From Bacteroidales bacterium (GTDB taxonomy: Bacteria > Bacteroidota > Bacteroidia > Bacteroidales > P3): a stretch of 64,000 bases of DNA. The translations under genes and the position numbers were made by a program. Where the stretch lies: NCBI GenBank assembly GCA_900771365.1, contig CAAGNU010000113.1, positions 1,847-65,846 on the forward strand, read 5' to 3'. Each line of letters opens with the position of its first letter. Position 1 is the stretch's first letter. Positions 38,044 through 47,603 of this stretch are shown piece after piece. Below the pieces are notes generated by a model. That model saw only the letters and a list, made by a program, of their open reading frames with translations. It was not told the DNA's origin and did no database searches.

Positions 38044-38150
38044 CGCCCTGCCTTCGCCGTAGCTCCGAGGTAAGTCCGACGTAGGTCCGAGGCTTCTTCG
38101 CCCTTTTGTCGGACCTACCTCGGAGCTACCTCGGAGCTACGGCGAAGCTA
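38044..38150. repeat. About 100-bp imperfect palindrome / hairpin-forming repeat in an 800-bp noncoding interval
   Basis: The left arm CCTTCGCCGTAGCTCCGAGGTAAGTCCGAC…GTAGGTCCGAGG is mirrored by GTCGGACCTACCTCGGAGCTACCTCGGAGCTACGGCGAAG. It is built from 10-12-bp CGAGG/CCTCG-type units. Confidence 0.45.
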
Positions 38151-38321
38151 CCCCGAATCTTCAGCAATCGCAAATCCATGGAATATTACGCAATATGTTT
38201 GTGGCAAATCCGTGTTTATCGAACACTTTTTTATGCTCGAAATCAACCATTACGGGGAAGCGTGCTTTTTGCTAAAAAAAATAGTGTCCACTAAAAATAT
38301 CTCTATATCAAATTAAAATAG

Positions 38322-38329
38322 TATCTTTG
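38322..38329 (+). promoter_or_regulatory. -7 box (TATCTTTG)
   Basis: About 40 nt upstream of the ATG at 38369. Confidence 0.4.
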
Positions 38330-38368
38330 CATTTTGCAGAACATATCCCACCAACAAGTAAAATTGTC

Positions 38369-39163
38369 ATGAAACGTATAAATATCATCATCTTACTCAC
38401 AGCGGCAGTACTCTTCACAGCCTGCGGAAATAATCAAAAAGAACAAACATCAAACCCCGAAGCCATGGAAAACGAAGAATGCCTTATCTGCGGAGCCCCG
38501 CTTGAATACCTCGACCAAGACACTATGATGGAATGCGTGCTCTGCCACAAAGTAGAGCCCAGCAAAACACGCTGCGTGAAAGGCCATTACGTCTGCAACG
38601 AGTGCCACACGAGCGGCCTAGACTCGGTGGTCGTCCTCTGCCTTGCCGAGACCTCCAAGAGCCCCATAGAGATTCTTGAACACCTGATGTCGCGGTCCTT
38701 CTGCCACATGCACGGCCCCGAGCATCACGTCCTGGTAGGGGCGGCCCTCCTCACAGCCTACAAGAACGCAGGAGGCGAGGTGGACCTTCCTGCCGCCCTT
38801 CCCGAGATGGTGAGCCGCGGCAAGCAGGTGCCCGGGGGAGCCTGCGGATACTGGGGAGCCTGCGGAGCCGCCCTCAGCACGGGCATGTTCGTAGCCATAG
38901 TCACCCAGAACACGCCTCTTTCTACCGATACCTGGCACCTCTCCAACCTCATGACCGCCAAGGCACTCGAACAGGTGGCCAACAACGGAGGCCCACGTTG
39001 CTGCAAACGCGACTCCTACCTCTCCGTCCTGACGGCTATCGATTTTGCAGAAGAGCACCTCGGCGTCAAGATGGAGAAGCCCAAAGTGGTCTGCTCCCGC
39101 AGCCAAAACAACAACCAATGTATCGGCAAGAAATGCCCCTTCTCCCCTATCGGTAGTTTGTAA
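38369..39163 (+). CDS. hypothetical Cys-rich lipoprotein
   Basis: About 264 aa from MKRINIIILLTAAVLFTAC (lipobox). It has multiple CxxC pairs (CLICG…CVLCH…CVKGHYVCNECH), suggesting metal binding. The family is unknown. Confidence 0.55.
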   Translation: MKRINIIILLTAAVLFTACGNNQKEQTSNPEAMENEECLICGAPLEYLDQDTMMECVLCHKVEPSKTRCVKGHYVCNECHTSGLDSVVVLCLAETSKSPIEILEHLMSRSFCHMHGPEHHVLVGAALLTAYKNAGGEVDLPAALPEMVSRGKQVPGGACGYWGACGAALSTGMFVAIVTQNTPLSTDTWHLSNLMTAKALEQVANNGGPRCCKRDSYLSVLTAIDFAEEHLGVKMEKPKVVCSRSQNNNQCIGKKCPFSPIGSL

Positions 39164-39211
39164 AATGTGAGCAATTCTTTAAATCTTTTTTTGTATTTTA
39201 AAAAAAAGTTG

Positions 39212-39219
39212 TATCTTTG
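39212..39219 (+). promoter_or_regulatory. -7 box (TATCTTTG) upstream of tRNA-Ser
   Basis: About 48 nt upstream of the tRNA 5' end, preceded by an A-tract. Confidence 0.4.
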
Positions 39220-39266
39220 CAAAACCATTTCGGAACGAGCAATTGACGTTACTCACTGAAAATCAA

Positions 39267-39353
39267 GGAGAGATGCCGGAGTGGTCGATCGGGGCGGTCT
39301 CGAAAACCGTTGACCCCTTCGGGGGTCCCAGGGTTCGAATCCCTGTCTCTCCG
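39267..39353 (+). tRNA. tRNA-Ser (anticodon CGA)
   Basis: 87 nt. The acceptor stem GGAGAGA/TCTCTCC and anticodon arm GCGGT-CTCGAAA-ACCGT are present. The long variable arm TGACCCCTTCGGGGGTCCC and T-arm CAGGG-TTCGAAT-CCCTG complete the fold. The discriminator is G. Confidence 0.85.
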
Positions 39354-39642
39354 CAAAGAAAAGATTGTTTTTAGATTTCATGAATGTTATGGGAAAAGAC
39401 GTATGCAGGAAGCGGCATACGCCTTTTTCATTGACCCTTCTTTCTTTGGTGTTGGACTCTATAGAGGCTGGATAGTTTAGCGAGACTGTCCAGCCCATGG
39501 AGGTTTGGCTTCGGGCAAAATGCTCAAAAACGCACTGAGTTTTCTCGTATCGAATGCTCTCTGGCTGTTCTCATATCAACAGGCTGTTGATATTTTTTCA
39601 CGGTTTGCACAAAAAAAAGTTGTCCATATATAATAAAATTTG

Positions 39643-39650
39643 TATTTTTG
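39643..39650 (+). promoter_or_regulatory. -7 box (TATTTTTG) upstream of the giant T9SS gene
   Basis: TAnnTTTG match about 150 nt upstream of the ATG at 39800. Confidence 0.3.
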
Positions 39651-39799
39651 AAACTTCGATTGTTAATAACTTTTTTACACAAATTAGACAATAATAGCAA
39701 CTTAAACAAATTAGAAGCACCCTGAAAACTAAAAAAACACTTATAAATACAGATAAAATAAACGCAATTAACTATATTATTAATCACAAATTCAAACTC

Positions 39800-42700
39800 A
39801 TGAAAGCATTTTTACGTTGCTTGATGCTCATCGCGGCTATCGCCGTGCCATGGGCAATGTCGGCTCAAATACCGACTGAGACGTTGATTGGATCTGAGTC
39901 GTCAACCACGACAGACAAATATCCAGTCAACGACTATTACAACTATTCGCTCTCGGAGACCATCATCGATGCCTCGGAAATCGTTGATGGAGCACAGACG
40001 ATTAACTCAATCAGTCTGTACTACAATTATGCTTCTCCTATGACGAGCAAGACAAACTGCACCATCTACTTGCAGCACACCACGAAGAGCACTTTCTCCA
40101 GTAGCTCTGACATCGAGGCTCTCAGTCCTGATGCTGTGATGGTCTATACCGGTTCCTTGAACTGCGCTCAAGGCTGGAACCAGTTTGACTTCTCCAACAA
40201 CTTCTCCTATGACGGCACTTCCAACCTGATGGTCATCATTGACGACAACTCGGGCGACTATGACGGCAGTACCTACGTCTTCAAAACCTCTTCTTGTTCC
40301 GGCTACAAGACCTTATTTTGGTATAACGACAACGTCAACCCCGACCTTTCAAACACTTCGGAGTTCTCCAGTACCCAAAATTATTACCAAGCCCGCTGCG
40401 TGATGAAGCTTAACGGCTTCCAGGGCACTGTTTCATGTCCTCGCGTTGCCTGCATCTCCGCCAGCAACGTCAGCGCCTACACCGCAACTGTCAGCTTCAC
40501 TCCTGGCGGCAATGAGACCGCTTGGATCGGCACTATCAATCCTCCCCTCTTCGGCCAGTCCTCAATCGTTCTTAACGACACGATTGTCAACCTCATGGCT
40601 CTCACCCCCACTACCGACTACACTGTGAGCGTTAGCGCCATCTGCGGCGCTGGCGATACCAGCATGCCTCGCTCTATCGATTTCAGAACCACTTGCGCAC
40701 CTTACAGCATTCCTTTCACTGAGAATTTCGACGCCATGGCCAGCAACACCACTCCTGAGTGCTGGACCAAGGTCGGCCCCGGCACCGCTGCTATTAACAG
40801 CAGCACCACATATTCCCACAGCGGCTCCATGACGCTCAAATTCAGCGGAGCCTCCACTCCTGATGCAAACATTATCGCTCTGCCTCAGTTCTCCGCTCCC
40901 ATTAATACACTGGAGCTCACCTTGTGGACCCGTCCTGAGAGCTTTACCAACAGCTCTTGCGGCCAGTTCGACGTAGGCTATATGACCGACCTGACTGATG
41001 CCAGCACTTTCGTTGCCTTGGACACCTACAACTATGATGAGTTCTCCTCCGTGGAAGAGAGAAATGTCAACTTCAGCAATGCTCCCGCTACTGCCATTAT
41101 GGCTCTGCGCCATCGTGCCAACTCCAACTCCTGGTATTGGTTTGTTGACGATATCGATGTCCACACAATCCCCTCTTGTCCGAAACCCGCTACCGTAAGT
41201 GCCAGCACTATCGACGCTCATAGCGGCCTCGTGCAGTGGACTCCTGCCTCGTCCGACCAGACCAACTTTGTTGTGGCTTACGGCATCGGTACCGACCCCA
41301 CCACGATGGCCACCGTCAACGCTACCGGCACGAGCACCATCATCTCTGGCCTCACCGCTCTGACCAACTATAACGTCTTCGTCAAGGCCGTCTGCGGAGC
41401 CGATGATGAAAGCCTCTGGAGCCGCATGGCTTCTTTCTCCACCGCTCTCGACTGCGGCACAGGTTATGAACTGAGAGACTTCACTATTGGTGAGGGTACC
41501 TCCAGCAGCGCCTCCTACACCTTCTACGCCAGCAGCACCTATCCTTTCGCATACAATGCTGCTATCTTCACCGCAGAAGAGATTGGTGCTAACAACCTTT
41601 TTGAGAACAACACCATCAATGCCCTCCGCCTCCATGTCGGCGCTACAGGCGGCACAATCAACAATGCCCACATCTATATGGCCAACGTTGACCTCGACAC
41701 CTACACTGGCGCATCCGACACCACTCTCTTCGCTGAGATGGAAGAGGTCTACTCCGGCAACTTGGAGTGCGGTGCAAATCAGTGGGTCACCATCCCCCTG
41801 ACCACGCCTTTCACATTCGATGCCAACAGAAACCTCATGGTGAGATTCACCCACACCAGCACCTCTACTGCCGGCGTGTCCTTCTTCTACACCAACTTGG
41901 TCTCCGACTACCGTAATATCTATGGCTACCGTTCCAGCACGGGATCAACAGCTTCTGCCACCAAATCATACAACCGTCCCAATATCGAGTTCATGGCCTG
42001 CACCGAAGTGCCCAGCTGCTTCCCCGTCCAGAACGTGACCGCCAACAATGTGGCCATTTCAAGTGCAGACATTTCCTGGACGCTCAACGATACGACCCAG
42101 AACAACTTCACCATTGCTTACGGCACCACCAACGATGTCGCTACGATGGCTACCGCTACCGTCACTAACGACCACGTCACCCTATACAACCTTACCCCCA
42201 ACACAACCTATTACGTTACCGTCCGCGCAAACTGCGGTAGTGAGGAGGCAAGCATCTGGCATCGCCTCATCAGCTTCCACACTCTTTGCGACATTGCTGA
42301 TTCCGCAATCTTCTTCGAAGACTTCGACAGCTACACCGACAACACCATTCCCGACTGTTGGGATATGGGCTGGTTCTACCAGAACCCTTCAAGCGGCGTT
42401 AAGACTCAGCCTTACCTCACCAGCACTACCCAGAAGTACGGCGATGCTGGCCGCTCCATGTCTCTGCAAGACCAGGGCGACGGCACCCTCTCATACATCA
42501 GCACACAGTGCCTGCCTATCGACCGCGCCAACAAGTACGCTGTCTCTCTGCAGGTCTATCGCGGCAACTACAGCACCATGAAACCCAACGAGGGTATCAA
42601 AATCTGGGCTTCCCCCAGTGCTGACGACACCACTGGTGCCACTCTCTTAGGCTACATCCACAGACAATATACTCTCGAACCCGCTGTGGAGGCTATTGGC

Positions 42701-45700
42701 TGGTATCAGTATGAATTCGTCATTCCTCAGTCTGGCAACCAGTACATCTTCATCGAAGGTATCTCTGAATATGGCGCAGCCACCTATTTCGACAACCTCG
42801 AAGTCAAGGAAGTCCCCTGCATCAAGAATGTTCCTTACTACAACGACTTCCAGAATGCTGAAGTGAACATGGTGCCCCTCTGCTGGGATAACAGCGCTTC
42901 CACTTCTTCTTCCTTGAGCAGCAGTCCTCAGTACATCTGGGGCGTTTACAACTATAATGGTAATAATATGATTCGCATGTACAATTATTTTGTAGAGTCT
43001 GGATATGCTACCATCAACACCAACCCCCTCATCCTTCCCAGTGATGACACTTGCGAACTCAAGTTCGACATCTCTCACCGCGCAAGCTGCAATCCTGCAG
43101 AGATCCTCATCTCCAACGATAATGGCGCAACCTACACCATGCTTGATGCTATTGGCCAGACAACGTCTTCCATCAATAAGGACAACCCCGGCACCTTCGT
43201 TCCTAAGACCTACAACTTGGCCAACTATGCTGGCGACACCATCATCATTCGTTTCAACGCAAATGCCAACTATGGTAGCGGTGCTATCTTCATTGATAAT
43301 CTCGCAGTCCGTCCTACCAACAATTGCGCAGATCCCACCTCCGTGACCGCAACCACAACAAGCGCCAATAGCGTATTGGTCTCCTGGACCGCAGGCGATC
43401 CTGCCCAGAACAACTTTGTTGTAGCATACGGCACAGGCAACAACCCCGACGACATGGAAACCGTTACAGTTTCGGGCACCTCCGCAGTCATTTCCGGCCT
43501 CACTTTCGAGCAGACCTACAACTTCTTTGTTAAGGCTGTCTGCGACGAGTCTCACGAAAGCTATTGGAGCCACTCCGCTTCCGCACATATTGGCTACTGC
43601 ACTCCCACACCCTCCTCTGTTGACGGCCAGGGTATCACCCATGTTGCTTTCGGTAACGGCGATGAGACTGTAGATAACAGCCAGCGTCCTACCAGTGCTC
43701 CCTTCTATGGCAATTATTCCTCTCAGATTGGCGCAGTCAACGCATCTGACTATGCCAATATCGACATCACCTACTCTACTGGTTACACATACAGTACCAT
43801 CATTTGGGTTGACTGGGACAACAGCCTGACCTTCGATGGCGACGAGGTCGTCTATTTCGGCGAATCCTATTCTTCCAACCCCACTACGCTTAACGCCAGC
43901 TTCCTCGTTCCGGGAACCCAGGATACGGGATACTTCCGTATGCGTATCGCCGGCTCCGATAGTTATTACGACAACTACATCGGCAGCCTTGCTAGCGCAG
44001 CTACCGCCGACCCCTGTCCCTCAAGCAGCTACACCATCGTTCACGACTACACCCTCCACATCCTTCCCGAACCCACCTGCAAGAAACCCAACAACGTTGT
44101 TGCATCTAATGTCACAAACATCAGTGCTGACATCACTTGGTCGACACTCGATCCCACTGAGAACAACTTTGTTGTAGCCTACGGCACAGGTACGAACCCC
44201 GATGAGATGACCACAACTACAGCCACGACTAACAGTGCTACGATTACTGGTCTCAACAACGGTACCACCTACAACGTCTTCGTGAAAGCTGTCTGCAGCA
44301 GCGACGATGAAAGCGAATGGAGTGCCATGTGCACCTTTACAACCGACCTTTGCAGCGAAGAGAATCAGTGTTCCATCACTATCAGCATGGCTGATGAATA
44401 TGGTGATGGCTGGAACGGCGGCTCCCTCGTCGTGATGGATGCTGTATCCAACACCGCAATAGCCACCTTCGAACTCTCCGATGGTAATGAAGAAACCGAC
44501 TCCGTGACCATCTGCAAAGGCAGATTCTACAGCCTCGTATGGCAGGAAGGCGACTATGACAATGAAGTCAGCTTTGTCGTTTCCGATGCTAATGGCCAGG
44601 CCATATATTCCGTCATAGAACCCAGCGCAGGCCTTCTCACTACCTTCACCGGCTCCTGCCCCATTACCGACTCCAACGTCTATGTTGTGTATGCTGTGAA
44701 CAACGCATGGATGGGTACCACCACTCCTGTTCCCGGACAGCACACCTATCAGGTTGGCGACATGCTCAACGCTACCGCTACCGCAAATGCTGGCTACAGC
44801 TTCGTCAACTGGACCATCAGCGCTGATGGCGTCGAAGACATCACCATCTCCGACAACCCCATCAATACTATGATTCCCGACTATATGGCTGGCATGGACA
44901 TCACTTGCATGGCCAACTTCGAGGTTGAGACCTTCGATGTCACAGTCCTCACCAACGATGCCAATATGGGTACCGTCTCTGGCTCTGGCTCTTACAACAG
45001 CGGTGCTACCGCAACCATCGTTGCAACTCCCGCTGCTAACTGCCGCTTCGTTCAGTGGAGCGATGGCGACACCAACGCTACCCGCAACATCGTCGTTACT
45101 AGCGACACCACCCTCACCGCCACCTTCGACTACCAGCCTGTTTTGGTGACCTATGCCATCAACAACGCATGGATGGGCTCTACTACTCCCGCTATCGGCC
45201 AGTACACCTACCATGTGGGCGACACCGTTTCTGCTACCGCTACTGCTAATGCTGGCTTCCGCTTCGTCAACTGGACCATCAGCAACGGCATTATCTCTAA
45301 CACCAACGCAACCAACCCCGCTGAGATTGTCATTCCCGCAGCCTTTGCTGGCATGAACATCACCATTACCGCTATCTTCGACAACGACCAGTTCACCATC
45401 ACCGCTCTCTCCAACAACGACCTGCTGGGTACTGTCACGGGCTCTGGCGCTTACAACAATGGCGCTACCGCAACCCTCGTTGCTACGCCTGCCGCTAACT
45501 GCCACTTCGTCCAATGGAACGATGGCGACACCAACGCTACCCGTACCGTCGTCGTTACTAGCGACAGTACCTTCACCGCCACCTTCGACTACAATCCCAT
45601 CAATGTCGTCCTCGCCATCAACAATGCTTGGATGGGTACCACCACTCCTGCTCCTGGCGCATACACATTCCATGTGGGCGACACCGTCAGCGCTATGGCT

Positions 45701-47467
45701 GTGGCTAACCCCAACTACCACTTCGTCAACTGGAACATCAGCTACGGCACTTTGGCTGACACAACATCCATCAACCCCGCAGTCTTCCCTGTTCCCGCAT
45801 TCATGGCTGGCATGAACTTCAGCGTTACCGCCAACTTCGCTCCCGACCAGTTCAACATCGTTGCCGAAGCTAACAACGATGCCATGGGTACCGTCCTCGG
45901 CTCCGGTCTCTACGACTATGGCACCACTGCTACCATCTCTGCTGTTGCAAACCGCAACACCCACTTCGTTCAGTGGAGCGATGGCGACACCAATGCTATC
46001 CGCAACATCCTTGTCACCAGCGATAGCACCTTCACCGCCATCTTCGACTACGACCCCATCACAATCACCCTTGCTACCAACAATAGCGCTATGGGTACCA
46101 CCGCTCCCGTTCCTGGCGTTTACACCTATCTCGTAGACGACACCCTGAGAGCTTCCGCTATTGCCAGCACAGGCCACCTCTTCCAGTTCTGGACCATCAA
46201 CTATGGCACCGGTATCGACATCGACACCCTCGTGTCCAATCCTATGGAGATGGTTCTCCGCAACCACTTAGCCGGCGAGAACATCCTTGTCACCGCTTGC
46301 TTCGTTGCCGAACAGCACACCATCACCGCTGTTCCTAACGATGCCAACATGGGTACCGTTACTGGTGGCGGTGTCTATGGCTACGGTTCTTCCGTAACCC
46401 TGACCGCTACGCCTGCTGACAACGCATACTTCACCAACTGGAGTGACGGAGACACCAACGCTATCCGCAACATCATCGTCACCAATGATGCCGCCTACGT
46501 TGCTATCTTCCATTACAATCCTGTCAACGTTACCCTCGCTGTCAACGATGCCGCTATGGGTACCACCACTCCCGCTCCCGGCATCTATGCCCAGCAGGTC
46601 GGCAACGTTATCAACGCTACCGCTACCGCCAACACTGGCTACCGCTTCACCAGCTGGACCATCACTGGCATGGGCGATACCACCATCAGCAACGTCAATC
46701 CTCTTGACGTGACCATCCTCCCCATAGCTGCTGGCAACGATGTCACCATCACCGCCAACTTCGAGGTTCATCCTCAGCACACCGTCACCCTCACCATCCC
46801 CGAAATCGGTGGCACAGCCACGGGCTCTGGCACCTACTATGAGGGCGAAATGGTCACCATCAACGCTATTGCCGACGACAACTTCATCTTCACAGGTTGG
46901 ACCGACAATAATGGCGCTATCGTCTACACCAACAGCACCAACACCTTCGTTATGGGCACCAGCGATGTTGAGCTCACCGCTAACTTCGAATATCGTGAAG
47001 CAACACTCGACATCACCATCAATAATCCTGCTATGGGTTACATCCTCATCAATGGCGAGGCCACCACTCACTACGAAGGCCATATCAACGACCAAGTCGA
47101 AATCGTTGCTGTTGCTAACGACGGCTACCGCTTCGTAATGTGGAACCTCTCTGCTGACAGCAACAGCACCGAAGGCACCATCACCTACACCCTCGGTCAC
47201 GCCGTTTGCGGTATCAACGCTCTCTTTGCTAAGAACCTCGACATCAACGACGCCAATGTTGACAACACTGTCATCTTCAGTGAAAACAACAACATCATTG
47301 TCCGTGGTGCCGAACAGCAGACCATCCGCGTCTTCGACGTTGTTGGCCGCCTCGTCGAACAGCGCAACAATGCCAACGCTGAAGAGACCATCCCGATGTC
47401 CAACACCGGTATCTACCTCGTCAAAGTTGGTGATGCTGCCGCTCGCCGCGTTGTGGTTCGCCGCTAA
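39800..47467 (+). CDS. giant (2555-aa) T9SS cargo surface protein with multiple Fn3-like and Listeria-Bacteroides (InlB B-type) repeat domains
   Basis: Signal peptide MKAFLRCLMLIAAIAVPWAMSAQ. There are at least six Fn3-like units ending …YNVFVKAVCG. A C-terminal array of alternating about 80-aa modules follows (…NAWMGTTTPxPG…VNWTIS… and …NDAxMGTVxGSGxY…ATPAANCxFVQWSDGDTNATRNIVVTSD…FDY). The terminal about 70 aa (…IRVFDVVGRLVEQRN…GIYLVKVGD…RRVVVRR) has the features of a T9SS type-A CTD. Confidence 0.85.
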   Translation: MKAFLRCLMLIAAIAVPWAMSAQIPTETLIGSESSTTTDKYPVNDYYNYSLSETIIDASEIVDGAQTINSISLYYNYASPMTSKTNCTIYLQHTTKSTFSSSSDIEALSPDAVMVYTGSLNCAQGWNQFDFSNNFSYDGTSNLMVIIDDNSGDYDGSTYVFKTSSCSGYKTLFWYNDNVNPDLSNTSEFSSTQNYYQARCVMKLNGFQGTVSCPRVACISASNVSAYTATVSFTPGGNETAWIGTINPPLFGQSSIVLNDTIVNLMALTPTTDYTVSVSAICGAGDTSMPRSIDFRTTCAPYSIPFTENFDAMASNTTPECWTKVGPGTAAINSSTTYSHSGSMTLKFSGASTPDANIIALPQFSAPINTLELTLWTRPESFTNSSCGQFDVGYMTDLTDASTFVALDTYNYDEFSSVEERNVNFSNAPATAIMALRHRANSNSWYWFVDDIDVHTIPSCPKPATVSASTIDAHSGLVQWTPASSDQTNFVVAYGIGTDPTTMATVNATGTSTIISGLTALTNYNVFVKAVCGADDESLWSRMASFSTALDCGTGYELRDFTIGEGTSSSASYTFYASSTYPFAYNAAIFTAEEIGANNLFENNTINALRLHVGATGGTINNAHIYMANVDLDTYTGASDTTLFAEMEEVYSGNLECGANQWVTIPLTTPFTFDANRNLMVRFTHTSTSTAGVSFFYTNLVSDYRNIYGYRSSTGSTASATKSYNRPNIEFMACTEVPSCFPVQNVTANNVAISSADISWTLNDTTQNNFTIAYGTTNDVATMATATVTNDHVTLYNLTPNTTYYVTVRANCGSEEASIWHRLISFHTLCDIADSAIFFEDFDSYTDNTIPDCWDMGWFYQNPSSGVKTQPYLTSTTQKYGDAGRSMSLQDQGDGTLSYISTQCLPIDRANKYAVSLQVYRGNYSTMKPNEGIKIWASPSADDTTGATLLGYIHRQYTLEPAVEAIGWYQYEFVIPQSGNQYIFIEGISEYGAATYFDNLEVKEVPCIKNVPYYNDFQNAEVNMVPLCWDNSASTSSSLSSSPQYIWGVYNYNGNNMIRMYNYFVESGYATINTNPLILPSDDTCELKFDISHRASCNPAEILISNDNGATYTMLDAIGQTTSSINKDNPGTFVPKTYNLANYAGDTIIIRFNANANYGSGAIFIDNLAVRPTNNCADPTSVTATTTSANSVLVSWTAGDPAQNNFVVAYGTGNNPDDMETVTVSGTSAVISGLTFEQTYNFFVKAVCDESHESYWSHSASAHIGYCTPTPSSVDGQGITHVAFGNGDETVDNSQRPTSAPFYGNYSSQIGAVNASDYANIDITYSTGYTYSTIIWVDWDNSLTFDGDEVVYFGESYSSNPTTLNASFLVPGTQDTGYFRMRIAGSDSYYDNYIGSLASAATADPCPSSSYTIVHDYTLHILPEPTCKKPNNVVASNVTNISADITWSTLDPTENNFVVAYGTGTNPDEMTTTTATTNSATITGLNNGTTYNVFVKAVCSSDDESEWSAMCTFTTDLCSEENQCSITISMADEYGDGWNGGSLVVMDAVSNTAIATFELSDGNEETDSVTICKGRFYSLVWQEGDYDNEVSFVVSDANGQAIYSVIEPSAGLLTTFTGSCPITDSNVYVVYAVNNAWMGTTTPVPGQHTYQVGDMLNATATANAGYSFVNWTISADGVEDITISDNPINTMIPDYMAGMDITCMANFEVETFDVTVLTNDANMGTVSGSGSYNSGATATIVATPAANCRFVQWSDGDTNATRNIVVTSDTTLTATFDYQPVLVTYAINNAWMGSTTPAIGQYTYHVGDTVSATATANAGFRFVNWTISNGIISNTNATNPAEIVIPAAFAGMNITITAIFDNDQFTITALSNNDLLGTVTGSGAYNNGATATLVATPAANCHFVQWNDGDTNATRTVVVTSDSTFTATFDYNPINVVLAINNAWMGTTTPAPGAYTFHVGDTVSAMAVANPNYHFVNWNISYGTLADTTSINPAVFPVPAFMAGMNFSVTANFAPDQFNIVAEANNDAMGTVLGSGLYDYGTTATISAVANRNTHFVQWSDGDTNAIRNILVTSDSTFTAIFDYDPITITLATNNSAMGTTAPVPGVYTYLVDDTLRASAIASTGHLFQFWTINYGTGIDIDTLVSNPMEMVLRNHLAGENILVTACFVAEQHTITAVPNDANMGTVTGGGVYGYGSSVTLTATPADNAYFTNWSDGDTNAIRNIIVTNDAAYVAIFHYNPVNVTLAVNDAAMGTTTPAPGIYAQQVGNVINATATANTGYRFTSWTITGMGDTTISNVNPLDVTILPIAAGNDVTITANFEVHPQHTVTLTIPEIGGTATGSGTYYEGEMVTINAIADDNFIFTGWTDNNGAIVYTNSTNTFVMGTSDVELTANFEYREATLDITINNPAMGYILINGEATTHYEGHINDQVEIVAVANDGYRFVMWNLSADSNSTEGTITYTLGHAVCGINALFAKNLDINDANVDNTVIFSENNNIIVRGAEQQTIRVFDVVGRLVEQRNNANAEETIPMSNTGIYLVKVGDAAARRVVVRR
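44650..46990 (+). repeat. tandem intragenic duplication of about 480-bp two-domain modules (5-6 copies) inside the giant gene
   Basis: Repeated DNA blocks are visible by eye. GGTACCGTCTCTGGCTCTGGC…CAGTGGAGCGATGGCGACACCAACGCTA(T/C)CCGCAACATC… recurs near 44950, 45430, 45890, 46350 and 46810. Confidence 0.6.
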
Positions 47468-47572
47468 TCCTCCAAGCGTCTAACGCTACACTATCATCAT
47501 ACGAAGTGCTCCTTCCCACGAAGGGGCACTTCTTTTTTATGGCACTACTGCTCATGTGTCAAAAAAAAATCG

Positions 47573-47580
47573 TATCTTTG
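47573..47580 (+). promoter_or_regulatory. -7 box (TATCTTTG)
   Basis: It lies between the track ORF start (47556) and the internal ATG (47604), which supports 47604 as the true start. Confidence 0.45.
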
Positions 47581-47603
47581 CAAAATATTTTATACATCAT
47601 AAT

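Noticed and set aside
40562-47200. Long minus-strand ORFs inside the giant T9SS gene (40562-41854, 42647-43642, 44021-46267, 46268-47200) and the many small plus-frame ORFs there
   Set aside because: Antisense or alternative-frame artefacts of a repetitive, GC-rich 7.7-kb gene. Their translations are Gly/Val/Asp homopolymer-like.
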